Origin: the human T2T-CHM13v2.0 reference genome, Homo sapiens
Assembly: GCF_009914755.1 (NCBI RefSeq)
Contig: NC_060926.1
DNA length: 64,000 nucleotides
Strand: one strand, 5' to 3'
Below the pieces are notes generated by a model. That model saw nothing but the letters and a program-made list of their open reading frames with translations. It searched no databases and was not told the origin of the DNA. The position numbers were made by a program, and so were the translations under genes. Each line of letters starts with the position of its first letter. Position 1 is the stretch's first letter. Shown one piece after another: positions 30,379-45,849 of the stretch.

Positions 30379-31098
30379 AAAAATTCCTAAGAATTGCATA
30401 ATTCTAAAAAAAGGAAGTTAAAAAATCTCATAAAGTACAAAGTCCATATAGCTTGACTAAGAATGTGTTTAAATATCTTTAAAATAAAAAGGAAGTAGAA
30501 AATCCAAACAAGTAATCATCCTGGGTAGGAGTTGTTGACATCTGACATTTGAATTAAAAATTAATGTAAATATCGTGACTCCTGGTATAAAGGGCTACAT
30601 AAGCTTTGAGACCAACTTTGTTACAAGTTTGAGGCTCATGATCCAGTATTTCTAAAAAGGAGCTCTTTTGGCTCAATTAGTATATAAGAAGATCTCTTAC
30701 ACAATTAAAATCTTTGGCCCTAAGATATCTCAGTTAACTTTAATGTATTGAGTTTCCTTAATCTTATATATATCAACTCCCAAATATTTTAGAATTATGT
30801 AACCTCAGTAAAATAAGATTTTAACTGTCTTTTTTAGCAAATAGAAATCTTTTAACTCCAGAAAGTGTTAGAATTAAATGCAAAATGGTTTAAAAATTAA
30901 AACCAAATCTGTGCATAATGGATAACTTAGTATGTTTGTAATATGTAAAAGAATGTGGTCTATTAGTGTGATCACCCTGTTTCTATCTTTTGTACTCTAG
31001 ATTGATGAATTAGCTTACATTCTTCATTTTAATTTGGAACCTTAACAAACGTATCCATGGACTTAGAACATGTAAAAGAACTTTAGTTTATATGTATA

Positions 31099-31121
31099 TG
31101 TGTGTGTGTGTGTGTGTGTGT
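31099..31121. repeat. (TG)n microsatellite
   Basis: Directly visible. Confidence 0.95.
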
Positions 31122-31184
31122 AAAATAGAATTATAGGAATTATTTTATACTAGGAAATATTTTTGCTATGACTTTACTTTTAAA

Positions 31185-32290
<1,106 letters not shown>

Positions 32291-32989
32291 TTTCTCCTTT
32301 GTATAATTTTCAGTAAATTTTATATTTCTACTAATTTTGCCTTCTTTATTCCATTACAATAATCTACTACCTATTGTTTAATCTGAATCATAGCTATGAA
32401 CACCCATTGTTTCCCACTTTTCCATATTTACTCTTTATAAAAACTTCAGAAAACAGGTACTATTGTGTATATTTTACTAACAGAAACAAACAGTTGAAGA
32501 ACTTGCCCAAGAAATCACAAATAACAAAAGGCTTTATCTTATAATATAGCCTCACTCTGCTGTGTCCCCACAGAGGCTGAGATGAAGGGGACAGTGGACA
32601 GGAGACATTTCCATGGACAGAGCCCTTCAGGCTGTTCTAACTTGTGATCCATTTTTCACTAGATATTTCACTTCAGTGTATGAAAGGAGTCCCATGCTAG
32701 GTTCTAGAAATATCAAAACTATTTAACCTGGCTAGCCACTCTAGCTGGAAGCAGAAGAATGAGGTTCATTTTTTTGTCTTTAAATTTTTTGCTTTGAGAT
32801 AATTGTAGCTTCATGCACTTCTAAGAAATGATACAGAGGGATTTTGTGTACCCCTTACACAGTTACCCCCAATAGCAACCTATTACTAAACTATAATACA
32901 ACATCAGCACCAGGATATTGACACAGATACAGTCAAGATGTAGGATATTTCCATCTCAACTGGGACCCCTCACCATGTCCTTCTGTAGT

Positions 32990-34673
32990 CACTGCTTCCC
33001 TACTCCCACTACCTCCCTACTCCCACAGCCTCCCTACTCCCACTGCTGCCTACTCCCACTGCCTCCCTACTCCCACTGCTGCCTACTCCCACTGCCTCCC
33101 TACTCCCACTACCTCCCTACTCCCACTGCCTCCCTACTCCCACTGCCTCACTACTCCCACTGCTGCCTACTCCCACTGTCTCCCTACTCCCACTACCTCC
33201 CTACTCCCACTGCCTCCCTACTCCCACTGCTGCCTACTCCCACTGCCTCCCTACTCCCACTGCTGCCTACTCCCACTGTCTCCCTACTCCCACTACCTCC
33301 CTACTCCCACTGCTGCCTACTCCCACTGCCTCCCTACTCCCACTGCTGCCTAATCCCACTGCCTCCCTACTCCCACTGCTGCCTACTCCCACTGCCTCCC
33401 TACTCCCACTGCCTCCCTACTCCCACTGCTGCCTACTCCCACTGCCTCCCTACTCCCACTGCCTCCCTACTCCCACTGCTGCCTTACTCCCACTGCCTCC
33501 CTACTCCCACTGCTGCCTACTCCCACTGCCTCCCTACTCCCACTGCCTCCCTACTCCCACTGCTGCCTACTCCCACTGCCTCCCTACTCCCACTGCTGCC
33601 TACTCCCACTGCCTCCCTACTCCCACTGCTGCCTACTCCCACTGCCTCCCTACTCCCACTACCTCCCTACTCCCACTGCTGCCTACTCCCACTGCCTCCC
33701 TACTCCCACTGCTGCCTACTCCCACTGCCTCCCTACTCCCACTGCTGCCTACTCCCACTGCCTCCCTACTCCCACTGCTGCCTACTCCCACTGCCTCCCT
33801 ACTCCCACTGCTGCCTACTCCCACTGTCTCCCTACTCCCACTGCCTCCCTACTCCCACTGCTGCCTACTCCCACTGTCTCCCTACTCCCACTACCTCCCT
33901 ACTCCCACTGCTGCCTACTCCCACCGCCTCCCTACTCCCACTGCTGCCTACTCCCACTGCCTCCCTACTCCCACTGCTGCCTACTCCCACTGCCTCCCTA
34001 CTCCCACTGCCTCCCTACTCCCACTGCTGCCTTACTCCCACTGCCTCCCTACTCCCACTGCTGCCTACTCCCACTGCCTCCCTACTCCCACTGCCTCCCT
34101 ACTCCCACTGCCTCCCTACTCCCACTGCTGCCTACTCCCACTGCCTCCCTACTCCCACTGCTGCCTACTCCCACTGCCTCCCTACTCCCACTGCTGCCTA
34201 CTCCCACTGCCTCCCTACTCCCACTGCCTCCCTACTCCCACTGCTGCCTACTCCCACTGCCTCCCTACTTCCACTGCCTCCCTACTCCCACTGCTGCCTT
34301 ACTCCCCGTGCCTCCCTACTCCCACTGCTGCCTACTCCCACTGCTGCCTACTCCCACTGCTGCCTACTCCCACTGCTGCCTACTCCCACTGCTGCCTACT
34401 CCCACTGCCTCCCTACTCCCACTGCTGCCTACTCCCACTGCTGCCTACTCCCACTGCCTCCCTACTCCCACTGCTGCCTACTCCCACTGCCTCCCTACTC
34501 CCACTGCTGCCTACTCCCACTGCCTCCCTACTCCCACTGCTGCCTACTCCCACTGCCTCCCTACTCCCACTGCTGCCTACTCCCGCTGCTGCCTACTTCC
34601 ACTGCTGCCTACTCCCACTGCTGCCTACTCCCACTGCCTCCCTACTCCCACTGCCTCCCTACTTCCACTGCCT
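32990..34673. repeat. Minisatellite/VNTR, ~1.68 kb, roughly 100 interspersed units of CCTACTCCCACTGCCTC (17 bp) and CCTACTCCCACTGCTG (16 bp)
   Basis: Directly visible. Unit number is estimated from array length. Confidence 0.98.
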
Positions 34674-34713
34674 GCTAAACCTGAGCATTTCTCAAGCTGT
34701 TCTCCATTTCAAC

Positions 34714-35491
34714 TGTAGACAAAAAGAGTCTCTGTAAAATATGTGAAGAGATTCATTCTGAGCCAAATGTGAATGACCATGGCCCATGACACAGCCCTCA
34801 GGAGATACTGAGAACACGTGCCCAAGGTGGTCAGGGTGCATCTTGGTTTTATACATTTTTTTGGGAGACGTGAGACATCAATCAAATACTTTTAAGGTGT
34901 ACATTGGTTCAGTCCAGAAAGGCGGGATAACTCGGGGGGGTTGAATGGGGGCTCCCAGGTTATAAGTAGATTTAAAAATTTTCTGATTAGCAATTGGTTG
35001 AAAGAGTTTAAAGACCTGGAATCAACAGAAAGGTAATTAATGTCTGGGTTAAGATAAGGGATTGTGGAGACCAAGGTTCTTCTTATTATATGAAGCCTCC
35101 AGGTAGCAGGCTTCAGAGGGAATAGATGGTAAATGTTTCTTATCAGACTTAAAAAGGTGCCAGACTCTTAGTTGATTCTCTCTTGGATCAGGAGGAAAGC
35201 CTGGGAAAGGGAAAGGGGATTCTCTACAGAAGGCAGATTTGTCCCTGCAAGAGTTGACTTTGCAGGGCAATTTCAAGATATGGCAAGGAAATATATTTGG
35301 GGTTAAAATATTTTGATTTCCTTATCTATCATGTGATGTATAGCAGAGTCAGGTTGGGAAGCAGGCCACATTATATGGGGTTAGATAAAGCCTCTCTGAT
35401 GAAACTTTATGGTTTGTAAGGTGTCATTCCCCAGGCCCCTTAGATAGGAATTTGGGCAAGAGAAGAAAACAAGGTCAGAGTTTAGTCCTCA
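34714..35491 (-). mobile_element. Solo ERV1 LTR, MER4 family (MER4D/E-like)
   Basis: Reverse strand begins TGAGGACTAAACTCTGACC and ends ...GTCTACA. MER4 signature GACACAGCCCTCAGGAG...GTGCCCAAGGTGGTCAGGG. TSD CAAC/CAAT. Confidence 0.85.
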
Positions 35492-35524
35492 CAATTATTT
35501 TCTCATTTTAAGGATGTTAAATCA

Positions 35525-35840
35525 GGCTGGGCATGGTGGCTCACGCCTGTAATCCCAGCACTTTGGGAGGCTGAGGCAGGAAGATTGCTTGAGCACAGGA
35601 GTTCAAGACCAGTCTAGGTAACATAGTCAAACCTTGTCTCCACAAAAAATAAAAAATTAGCCGGTGGTGGTGAGCACCTTTAATCCCAGCTACTCAAAAG
35701 GCTGAGGCAGGAGAATTGCTCGAGCCTGGAAGGCAGATTGGAGTGAGCTGAGATCATGCCACTGCACTCCAGCCTGGGCAACAAAGCAAGACCCTGTCTC
35801 AAAAAAAAATTAAAATTAAAAAAATAAAAAAGAGAAAAAA
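35525..35840 (+). mobile_element. AluJ, full length
   Basis: J-type GATTGCTTGAGCACAGGAGTTC. A-rich tail. Confidence 0.93.
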
Positions 35841-36352
35841 TAATGTTATATAAATGGAATCTTAAGTATGTAACTTTTGGGGACCGGCTTTTTCGCTTAG
35901 CATAATTCATCCCGATTGTTGTGGGTATAAATTGTTTCTTCTTTGTGTTTTTAAAATCGTTATTGCTGAGTGGTATCTTTCATGGCATGGACAGAACACA
36001 GTTTGTCAAATCATTTGCCTCTTAAAGGACAACTGAGTAGTTTTCAGTTTGCGACTATTCCAAGTCAAGTTGCTGTGAGCATTTGTGTGCAGTTTCTTGT
36101 GTGAACATAGATTTCATTTCTCTTGGATAAATGCCCACGCGTGCAGTCACTGGGATGCATGGTAATTGTGTGTTTAGTTTTATTAAGAAACTGTCAGACT
36201 GTTTCCTCGAGTGGCTGTATCGCTTTACATTCCCACCAGCAATGTGTGAGTGATGCAGTTTCTCTACATCCCCACTAGCATTTGATGCTGCCACTATTCT
36301 TTTGACAGATAATTCTAATATGTTTGCCATCTTTATTTTGGACATCTATTGA

Positions 36353-36673
<321 letters not shown>

Positions 36674-36719
36674 TGATTGTCTAATTTGTATTCCATTTTA
36701 TATCTTCCTGGTTCTCGAT

Positions 36720-37925
<1,206 letters not shown>

Positions 37926-38364
37926 AAGAATGGAGTTTTAAAATTTTAATTTAACCCTAAAAGCACCCATGGGACCTCCAATTTCAGGGGAGTTTCTTCC
38001 CAGTGTAAAGGAGGCGCTGGGAAGGACAGGCTTAGGTTGTCCTTCTCAAGATTCTTGTCCTTTACTGTTCAGTGTTCAGTTCCTTCATTTCTCAGCAGCC
38101 TCTAAAACAACATGAAAAATGCCAATGAGAATGAATTACTTGGATGTCTTGAAATTAGCATTTCTAATCCAACCTCAGAGTCTCTTAATGAATTTTAAGC
38201 TGTCTTTACAGCAGATTTAACCACATTTCGTCACTGCAATGTCTGTCAAGCCAGGGAAACTAGCAGTGATACCCTTGTCCTAAAAAAGGAGAAGGACATG
38301 GTCCTAAAATGAACATCAGCAGCCCTCCAATCAAGGTCCACATAGCCACCAAGGAGCCATATGA

Positions 38365-38757
<393 letters not shown>

Positions 38758-39306
38758 TAAAGAACACCCAATGTGATATAAGAACCATAAAAGTGTCAGA
38801 GGGTCTGAAGCTGACCTGAGCTGGGTTATACTTATGTACCAGTTTCTATGTAGTCAATTTCCAATGGGGTCAGTGGGTTAGGAGCAAGGGATTATACAAA
38901 ACCTGTGCTCACGAGAACCCGATAAGCCGTATCTCTGTGTAGTTATTAGCCTTTATATTTGGAGAGGCCTCTTTCTGGACATGGTAGTCAGCACTCCTCC
39001 CCATTCTCCTGATAAAAAAGCCCTCCTGTGGGAGCCCACGCCTTATGGATCTGATGTGGCTCCCATTCTTCTCGATCATGGATGCGACAAAGCCCAGGCG
39101 TGAGCAATCAGAGCACCCCATTTCCTGACCACCATGACTGGCCAAGAAAGGGCATGTGAGCCCAGCTGGGCCAATGAAACCCTTCTCTTAGTTGCGATGT
39201 GTGAACCTAAGAGAGATTGAGAGGCCAGAGCTGCCATGCCCCAGCCCCCATGCAAGGAGAGCCCACTGAGGAAGGGCCAGCACAGAGGAGAAAAAGGCTG
39301 AGGGAG

Positions 39307-39598
39307 GGCCACGTGCGGTGGGGCACACCTGTAATCCCAGCACTTTGGGAGGCCGAGGCAGGCGGGTCGTTTGAGCTCAGGAGTTCAAGACCAGCCTGGG
39401 CAACATGGTGAAACCCCGTCTCTACAAAAAATACAAAAATCAGCCGGCCGTGGTGGCACATGCCTGTAGTCCCAGCTACTTGGGGACTGAGGCAGGAGGA
39501 TCGCTGGAATCTGGGAGGTTGAGGCTGCAGTGAGCTGAGATTGTGCCACTGCATTTCAGCCTGGGTGACAAAGTGAGACCTTGTCTCAGAAAAAAAAA
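39307..39598 (+). mobile_element. AluJ, full length, inserted in a probable MLT1 LTR
   Basis: TSD AAAAAGGCTGAG(G/A)GAG. Flanking GGGCATGTGAGCCCAGCTGGGCCAATGA is MLT1-like. Confidence 0.93.
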
Positions 39599-40979
39599 AA
39601 AAAGGCTGAGAGAGGGGCTGATGGTGTCTTTTGGATACTATTTGTGTGATTTTTCTAGAGAAAAACTTTCTTAAATTCCTTCCAAAAGTGAGATTTATTG
39701 TTTACAGGGAACTTGGTTTTATAATGATGAGTTTGCTTGAACTAACACATAGGAATTTTCTTATCTTCCAGCTCTTCCCAAGTGTGGACAATCCATTTCA
39801 AAGTTGCTCTATGCAACTGTCCAGAATAGACCTGTTCTTTGAGGGAAAGGCTTAGAGAGGAGCCAAAGCACTGATTCTCTGAAAACCATTTGTCTCCTGT
39901 TTCTGAAAGACCAGATAGAACCTGTGGCTCTTTCTAAACATTGGCTTGCCACATGCCTGAACCTTCCAGGGAGCACCAACTCGACTTTTTAAGGGAGAAC
40001 GAGTTCACAGAATCTGCCTGTACCTTGGAGGGAAAATTCATCTACAGTCACATCCAAATTCTAGCAAGACTAACCCTCTGAACTTCTCACTCCCAAGAGC
40101 TACAAGGCTCTGTCTATTTTACAACACAAAATCTTTTAAGAAAGCTGAGACAAAAGAAATTTTATAGAGAAAAATTTTCATAAGAGAGAGAAAGATAACA
40201 CCAGTTCCTGTCCTGGAGATAGACTGTTCACTCTTGTTAATTCTCTAGTCATACCAGAAGTATAAGCAAAAGTGTCAGTGAAATCAATCCCTGCACTGGG
40301 AGAGAGAGCCCGGCTGTGTATTGTTCATAACCTCCTGTTAAATTAGCCGATTGCTTAGCCATCAGGGATGATCTTGATTATGAACAAGACACAGCCAGGT
40401 CTGTGTCTTGTAGGAGAGGCCCTTGACTGGGGCAGTGTCTGCTGTGGAGGTTTGCAGCAGGGGTGCAGAGATGCACCAGGCGCTATCGTACCTTAAATGT
40501 CTCCTCAAGCCCCAATTGGCTTTTCTGATTCTATCAGACTCCAGAAATAAAAATGTTTGAGTTCATTTCATGTGAATCCAGATGTTTGTGGGGCAAAAGT
40601 CCCATGCTCCCGCCAAACATAAGACATCACCAGTTTCATGAACAGGCAGACACAGAATATCCTTGCCAATCTGTCATGATTGGATCCAGAGCATAACGTG
40701 ATTGATGATTTGCTGTGCAGGTGACTCAAGAATCACCATCTTGCTTCACTTCAGGCAGGCTTGCTCTTTGGGGTCTTGACTCTGGAGAAATAATGGAAAC
40801 CATCAGGAGGTTTTTGGGTGCTATTTCTTTACCATCCTCCTACTCCAGATTTTAGCAACTGAGAATGGACACCAGGAACCAGCTGGGATCCAGGCATAGA
40901 CCTAAATCTGCTGATCAGAGCCCAGTCGCAGCCACATGCAATCCCTCTTGTACACTATGTTGGAAACTTCCTTTGGCCG

Positions 40980-41862
40980 TGAAACTGCCTTTGCAAAAGT
41001 TATGTTAGTGAGAAAATGATGACAGCAAAAGGGATCCCATCTTGCCTTTCCCTTAATTTTTCCTGGGCTATTGGGCCAAGCTAATTTTCAAAGACATTTA
41101 GGCTATAGTTTAAATGATAGTAGGCCTCCCCTAAAACTCAGCCACTTTTGTAAAGCTTTTGGGAGGCCATCAGGCTGGGGGGAGAGAGGGGCCTGAGTCC
41201 TTCTAAGGTTCAGAATGAATGATTGTCAACCATTGTTCTGGAGGTCATGAGATATGCAGCTTCCTCAATTACTCCTGCAAATAACATCACTATTGCTAAG
41301 GCGCAGACATGAACAATTGTCAGCCATTATTCCGGAGGTCACGAGATATTTAGCTTCCCCACTTACTGCTGCAAATAACGTCAGTATTGCTAAGGCACAG
41401 ACATGAATGATTGTCAGCCATTATTCCGGAGGTCATAAGATATGCAGCTTTCCCAACTACTCCTGCAAATAACATCACTATGGTAGAACCTAAGATTGGC
41501 CTTTTGAAATATCTTTTCAGGTTTTTTGCATGTCTGACACCCATGGCTCCACCTGGACCCACCAACCCTGATTCTGTGGCCCCACCCAGAATTGGTTTAG
41601 CTCACAGGAGGACAGCTTTGACCCCCTAGGATTTCATCTCCACCCCAACCAATCAACAGCAAGCACCTGTTACCTGGCCACCCCCATCCCTTCCCACAAA
41701 CTGCCTATGAAAAACTTCTAACCTAGTAGCTTTGGACAAGGTGATTTGAGTATGAACTCCATCTCCCATGTGGCATGGCCGGCCTTGTGTCTACTAAACT
41801 CTCTACTACAATGCCATGGTCTTTCTTTATGCAGTGGGCAGGAAGAACCCCTCAGGGTTACA
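40980..41862 (+). mobile_element. Solo ERV1 LTR, MER50 family, with internal triplication
   Basis: Starts TGAAACTGCCTTTGCAAAAG and ends GGGTTACA. MER50 signature GTAGAACCTAAGATTGGCCTTTTGA. Confidence 0.85.
41203..41483. repeat. Tandem triplication, 3 x ~94 bp, inside MER50
   Basis: Units start CTAAGG at 41203, 41296 and 41390. Each contains ATTGTCA.CCATT.TTC.GGAGGTCA...CTGCAAATAAC. Confidence 0.95.
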
Positions 41863-42285
41863 GCTCGAGTCCAGGATGGAGCAGCCCACCTCTTTGTGCT
41901 TGAACTAAAGGAAGCAGAACCTCCTGAGCCTGGTCCTCCTGATCTTCCCAGGTTGCAGATGAAGAACCCTGACCACAGGAAGAGAGCAGGGATCAGTCTG
42001 AGGCAGGCCTTTTCTGTCTGCTCACAGCATTATGGGGGGAAATGCAATACTGGCTCCCCCAGGTCTGGTCCCAGCCAGACCTTTAAGAACGGGAAGCTGG
42101 AGAACAGGAGCTGGTGTTCCTTTTAGACACAACCCAGTGTAAAATGGACGAATCAGATTTGCACACCTACCTCTGAGGGATGAGGGAAAAATAAAGATTC
42201 CACTCTAGATCTTTTTAGAGCCAGTGATGCTGGGGGAGTTTCTTATTTATGAGCAGAAGAAAGAACATGAGAGAGAAAACAACAT

Positions 42286-42519
42286 CAAGCTTGTCCAACC
42301 CACAGCTCATGGGCCACAGGCGGCCCAGGAAGGCTTTGAATGCAGCACAACACAAATTTGTGAACTTTCTTAAAACATTATGAGATTGCTTTTGTGATAT
42401 ATATATAAATATATTTAGCTCATCAGCTATCGTTACTGTTAGCGTATTTTATGTGTGGCCCAAGACAATTCCTCTTCTCCCAGTGTGGTCCAGGAAAGCC
42501 GAAACATTGGACACCCCTG
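42286..42519 (-). mobile_element. MER30 hAT-Charlie MITE
   Basis: Termini CAAGCTTGTCCAACC and TTGGACACCCCTG. Internal TTAGCTCATCAGCTATCGTTA. Confidence 0.9.
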
Positions 42520-43603
42520 CCCTACAGGAATCGACAACAGCTTGAAGTGGTGAACTCAGACTTTCCTGTGCCCCTGACACTCGGGAGCTGCTGGCCGCAG
42601 GTCAAGAAGCAAGGCCTGGGGAATCTGCAGCCCACGTGAATAAGGCAGCATTTCTACATTTATTCCTTTCCCCTTGGGGTTCCAACAAGAAAGCATAGTC
42701 TGCCCCACACAGTCTCCTAACCTGAGCCTCTTAGAATTTGAACAGAGGGGTCCCTGACCTCTGCTCTGTACAGCAAGAAGAGGAAGTAAGCTGGGTTCTG
42801 GGGGGCCTGAGATTGACCCCAAGACCACTCATTGTGCAGGCAGTTTTCCAGAAGGTTCTGTTGTGGCAACTTTCCTATCATGCACCCTTAGAAAAGCCAT
42901 CGAAGTCATATTCACAGGTACTTAGGAAAAGTTTTCAAAACTCAGAAAACAGGCAAAAAAAAAATCTATTTACCTTTTAGTATTAAGCTAAATGATTTTC
43001 TAACGAGCCTGTTTGAAGGTCCTCTCACTCTCAGAGAATATACTGGCTTGATTAATAATTGATTAGGGCTGTGTAAATCTGAAGAAAACTGATGAGGTAT
43101 AGTGACTGATCCATTAGACAAGATTACCCTGAGGGTTATGGTTTAATTACCCTATGGAAATGCAGCAGGAAATATTAATCAGTTTTGTATCTAAATCAAG
43201 TATTTTTCAGCATTTTTTCATCACTATGTTTCATATTCTCTCTGAATCATCTCTGTTTTTCCACTGTTTTCTTACCCATGAGTTAATAACAACTCTCCCA
43301 TGTGCTTGCTATCTGTATTAGAATTATGATTTTAATGACTTGAGTAATATCTTTAACCAAACTTTTATAATAATTTATTGTAATAATTGTTACAATTATG
43401 TAACTGTAATAATATCATATTTTAAGTATTTGTTAAAATGCTATATTAATTTGTAAACCTGTTCATAGAACTGAATAAGGTCTCTCTTCTATTGAGGCAT
43501 GTTTATACCTCTATATATCCAATTCTTTATCCGTCTGCCCATTCATATTATCCACTAAAGAAGCATTAAAGAATGCTTTATAACTCTTTCTAAGTTCTGT
43601 CCC

Positions 43604-43967
43604 TGTATGAGTCTGTTCTCACACTGCTATAAAGAACTACCTGAGACTGGGTAATTTATAAAGAAAAGAGGTTTAATTGACTCACAGTTCCACATGGCTG
43701 TGGAGGCCTCAGGAAACATAATCACGGCGGAAAATGAAGTAGAAGCAGGCATAGTCTTCACATGGCTGGCACAGGAGAAAGAGAGAGAGAAGAGGGAAGT
43801 GCTTACACCTTTAAACAACCAGATTTCATGAGAACTTTATCACAAGAACTGCGAGGGGGACGTCCACTTCCATGATTCAATCGCCTCCCACCAGGCTCCT
43901 CCTTCAACAAGTGGGGATTACAATTTGACATGAAATTTGGGTAGGGACACAGAGCCAAACCATATCA
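43604..43967 (-). mobile_element. Solo MaLR LTR, MSTA-like, inserted in a probable MIR
   Basis: TGTATGAGTCTGTTCTCACACTGCTATAAAG ... CCAAACCATATCA. Perfect 5-bp TSD GTCCC at 43599-43603 and 43968-43972. Confidence 0.93.
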
Positions 43968-44114
43968 GTCCCTTGCTGGCCTCATGACTGGGTAAGTCAC
44001 ACATGCTAAGAAGTGTGCTTTCTCATTTGTCAAACGGGGGCATCATGAGATTGTGGAGAAAAATAAAACAGATTGTATATATAAATTGGTTGGAGCAGTG
44101 CAGGTTTATATGTT

Positions 44115-44500
44115 CAATCAATGGAAAACAGTTACAAACAAGGTAGATATTAATCCAACTCAATCAATAATCACTTTAAATGTGTATGCCCTAAATATCC
44201 AATTAAAAGACAGATTGTCAGAATGGATCATAAAAGCAGGATCCAACTATATGTTGTCTACAAGAAACCCACTTTAAATATAAAAACTCAGGTTGAAAGT
44301 AAAGGGATAGAGAAAGATATACTATGTTAACACTAATCAAAAGAAAGTTGGAGTTGCTATGTTAATTTCAGATAAAGCTTCAGAACTGGAAAAATTATCA
44401 GAGAAGGGCATTACATAATGAAAAGGTGCAAGTTCTCCAAGAAGACATAGGCCTAAAAATATATGCACCTAATAACAGAACATCAGAATATGTGAGAACT
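44115..44500 (+). mobile_element. L1 ORF2 N-terminal (endonuclease) fragment
   Basis: Translation 'SIITLNVYALNIQLKDRLSEWI'. TGTTGTCTACAAGAAACCCAC encodes 'CCLQETH'. Confidence 0.9.
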
Positions 44501-44994
44501 ATCTCTGGTTGATATGATTATGAGTTATTTTATTTTTCAGATATTCACCAGCAGACGTGTTTGTTTAAAAAAAAAAAAGCAAACTTCATTTTTTCCCATT
44601 TTGTTTACCCACCCCTTTCAAGGATGAAATGTGGAGATGGCCCAGAATAGCTATGGAAACAGAAGCCCAGGAGGTCAGATGTCCACTCAAAGATATCTCA
44701 AGAGCTATTATTTGCATTTGCAAGTTCACCTTGTCTAGAAGAAAAAGAGTACAGGAGTTCAACCTGAACAGATGGCCTCTCAGGGGGTGCTCACTGCCAC
44801 AGAAATCTCAGAATATCATCTTCAAAACTAAGTCTCCATCCCGCACTTGCCTGTTAGTTTAAGACCAAGGGCCCTAAGGACAGGATTTTGGGAAGCATTT
44901 GGATATCCTGGCCACTGAAGCCAAGTCACAGAGTGAGAATTTGAGGCACAGAAATGTGTCAATTTGTACATATTTGACTTTCAAAAACTGTTTA

Positions 44995-45318
<324 letters not shown>

Positions 45319-45596
45319 GGAAAGCTAACGAAAGGAAGCACTAACAAAAGGAAGGTGTGGGAAAGAGACTGGCTGGCTAGTGGCTTCAGAAAGTGAGCCC
45401 AGCACAGCCCTCACCTGGGAGTCAAGTGGTGTTAATTAAATGGCAAAAACTGGTTCCAAGGTATTTACAATCCCTGAGCAGTCTTAAACTTTGAGCTGTG
45501 ATGCCAGATCCTAGCTCTGATGAAAAACAGCAAGTCCTTAGAAAAATGCTGTTTGTAAAAATGTCCTGTATTACTGAATTTAAAAACTGGAATTTT

Positions 45597-45849
<253 letters not shown>

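Larger units (their letters stand above)
32785..36350 (-). mobile_element. L1MC-type 3' end, antisense; hosts the minisatellite, a MER4-type LTR and an Alu
   Basis: CCAGGATATTGACACAGATACAGTCAAGATG...TTCTGTAGTCAC | repeat | CTGTTCTCCATTTC | LTR | TTTCTCATTTTAAGGATGTT | Alu | ATATAAATGGAATC...CTTAGCATAATT reconstitutes a contiguous L1MC 3' UTR. Confidence 0.85.

Noticed and set aside
32990-34673. CRISPR-like array
   Set aside because: The repeats are contiguous with no unique spacers, there are no cas genes, and the context is primate genomic DNA.
32918-34678. 586-aa ORF as a real mucin-like or metallothionein-like gene
   Set aside because: It is entirely the translation of a stop-free minisatellite inside an L1 3' UTR. 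The reading frame rotates between unrelated peptides and there is no gene structure. Kept only as a speculative finding.
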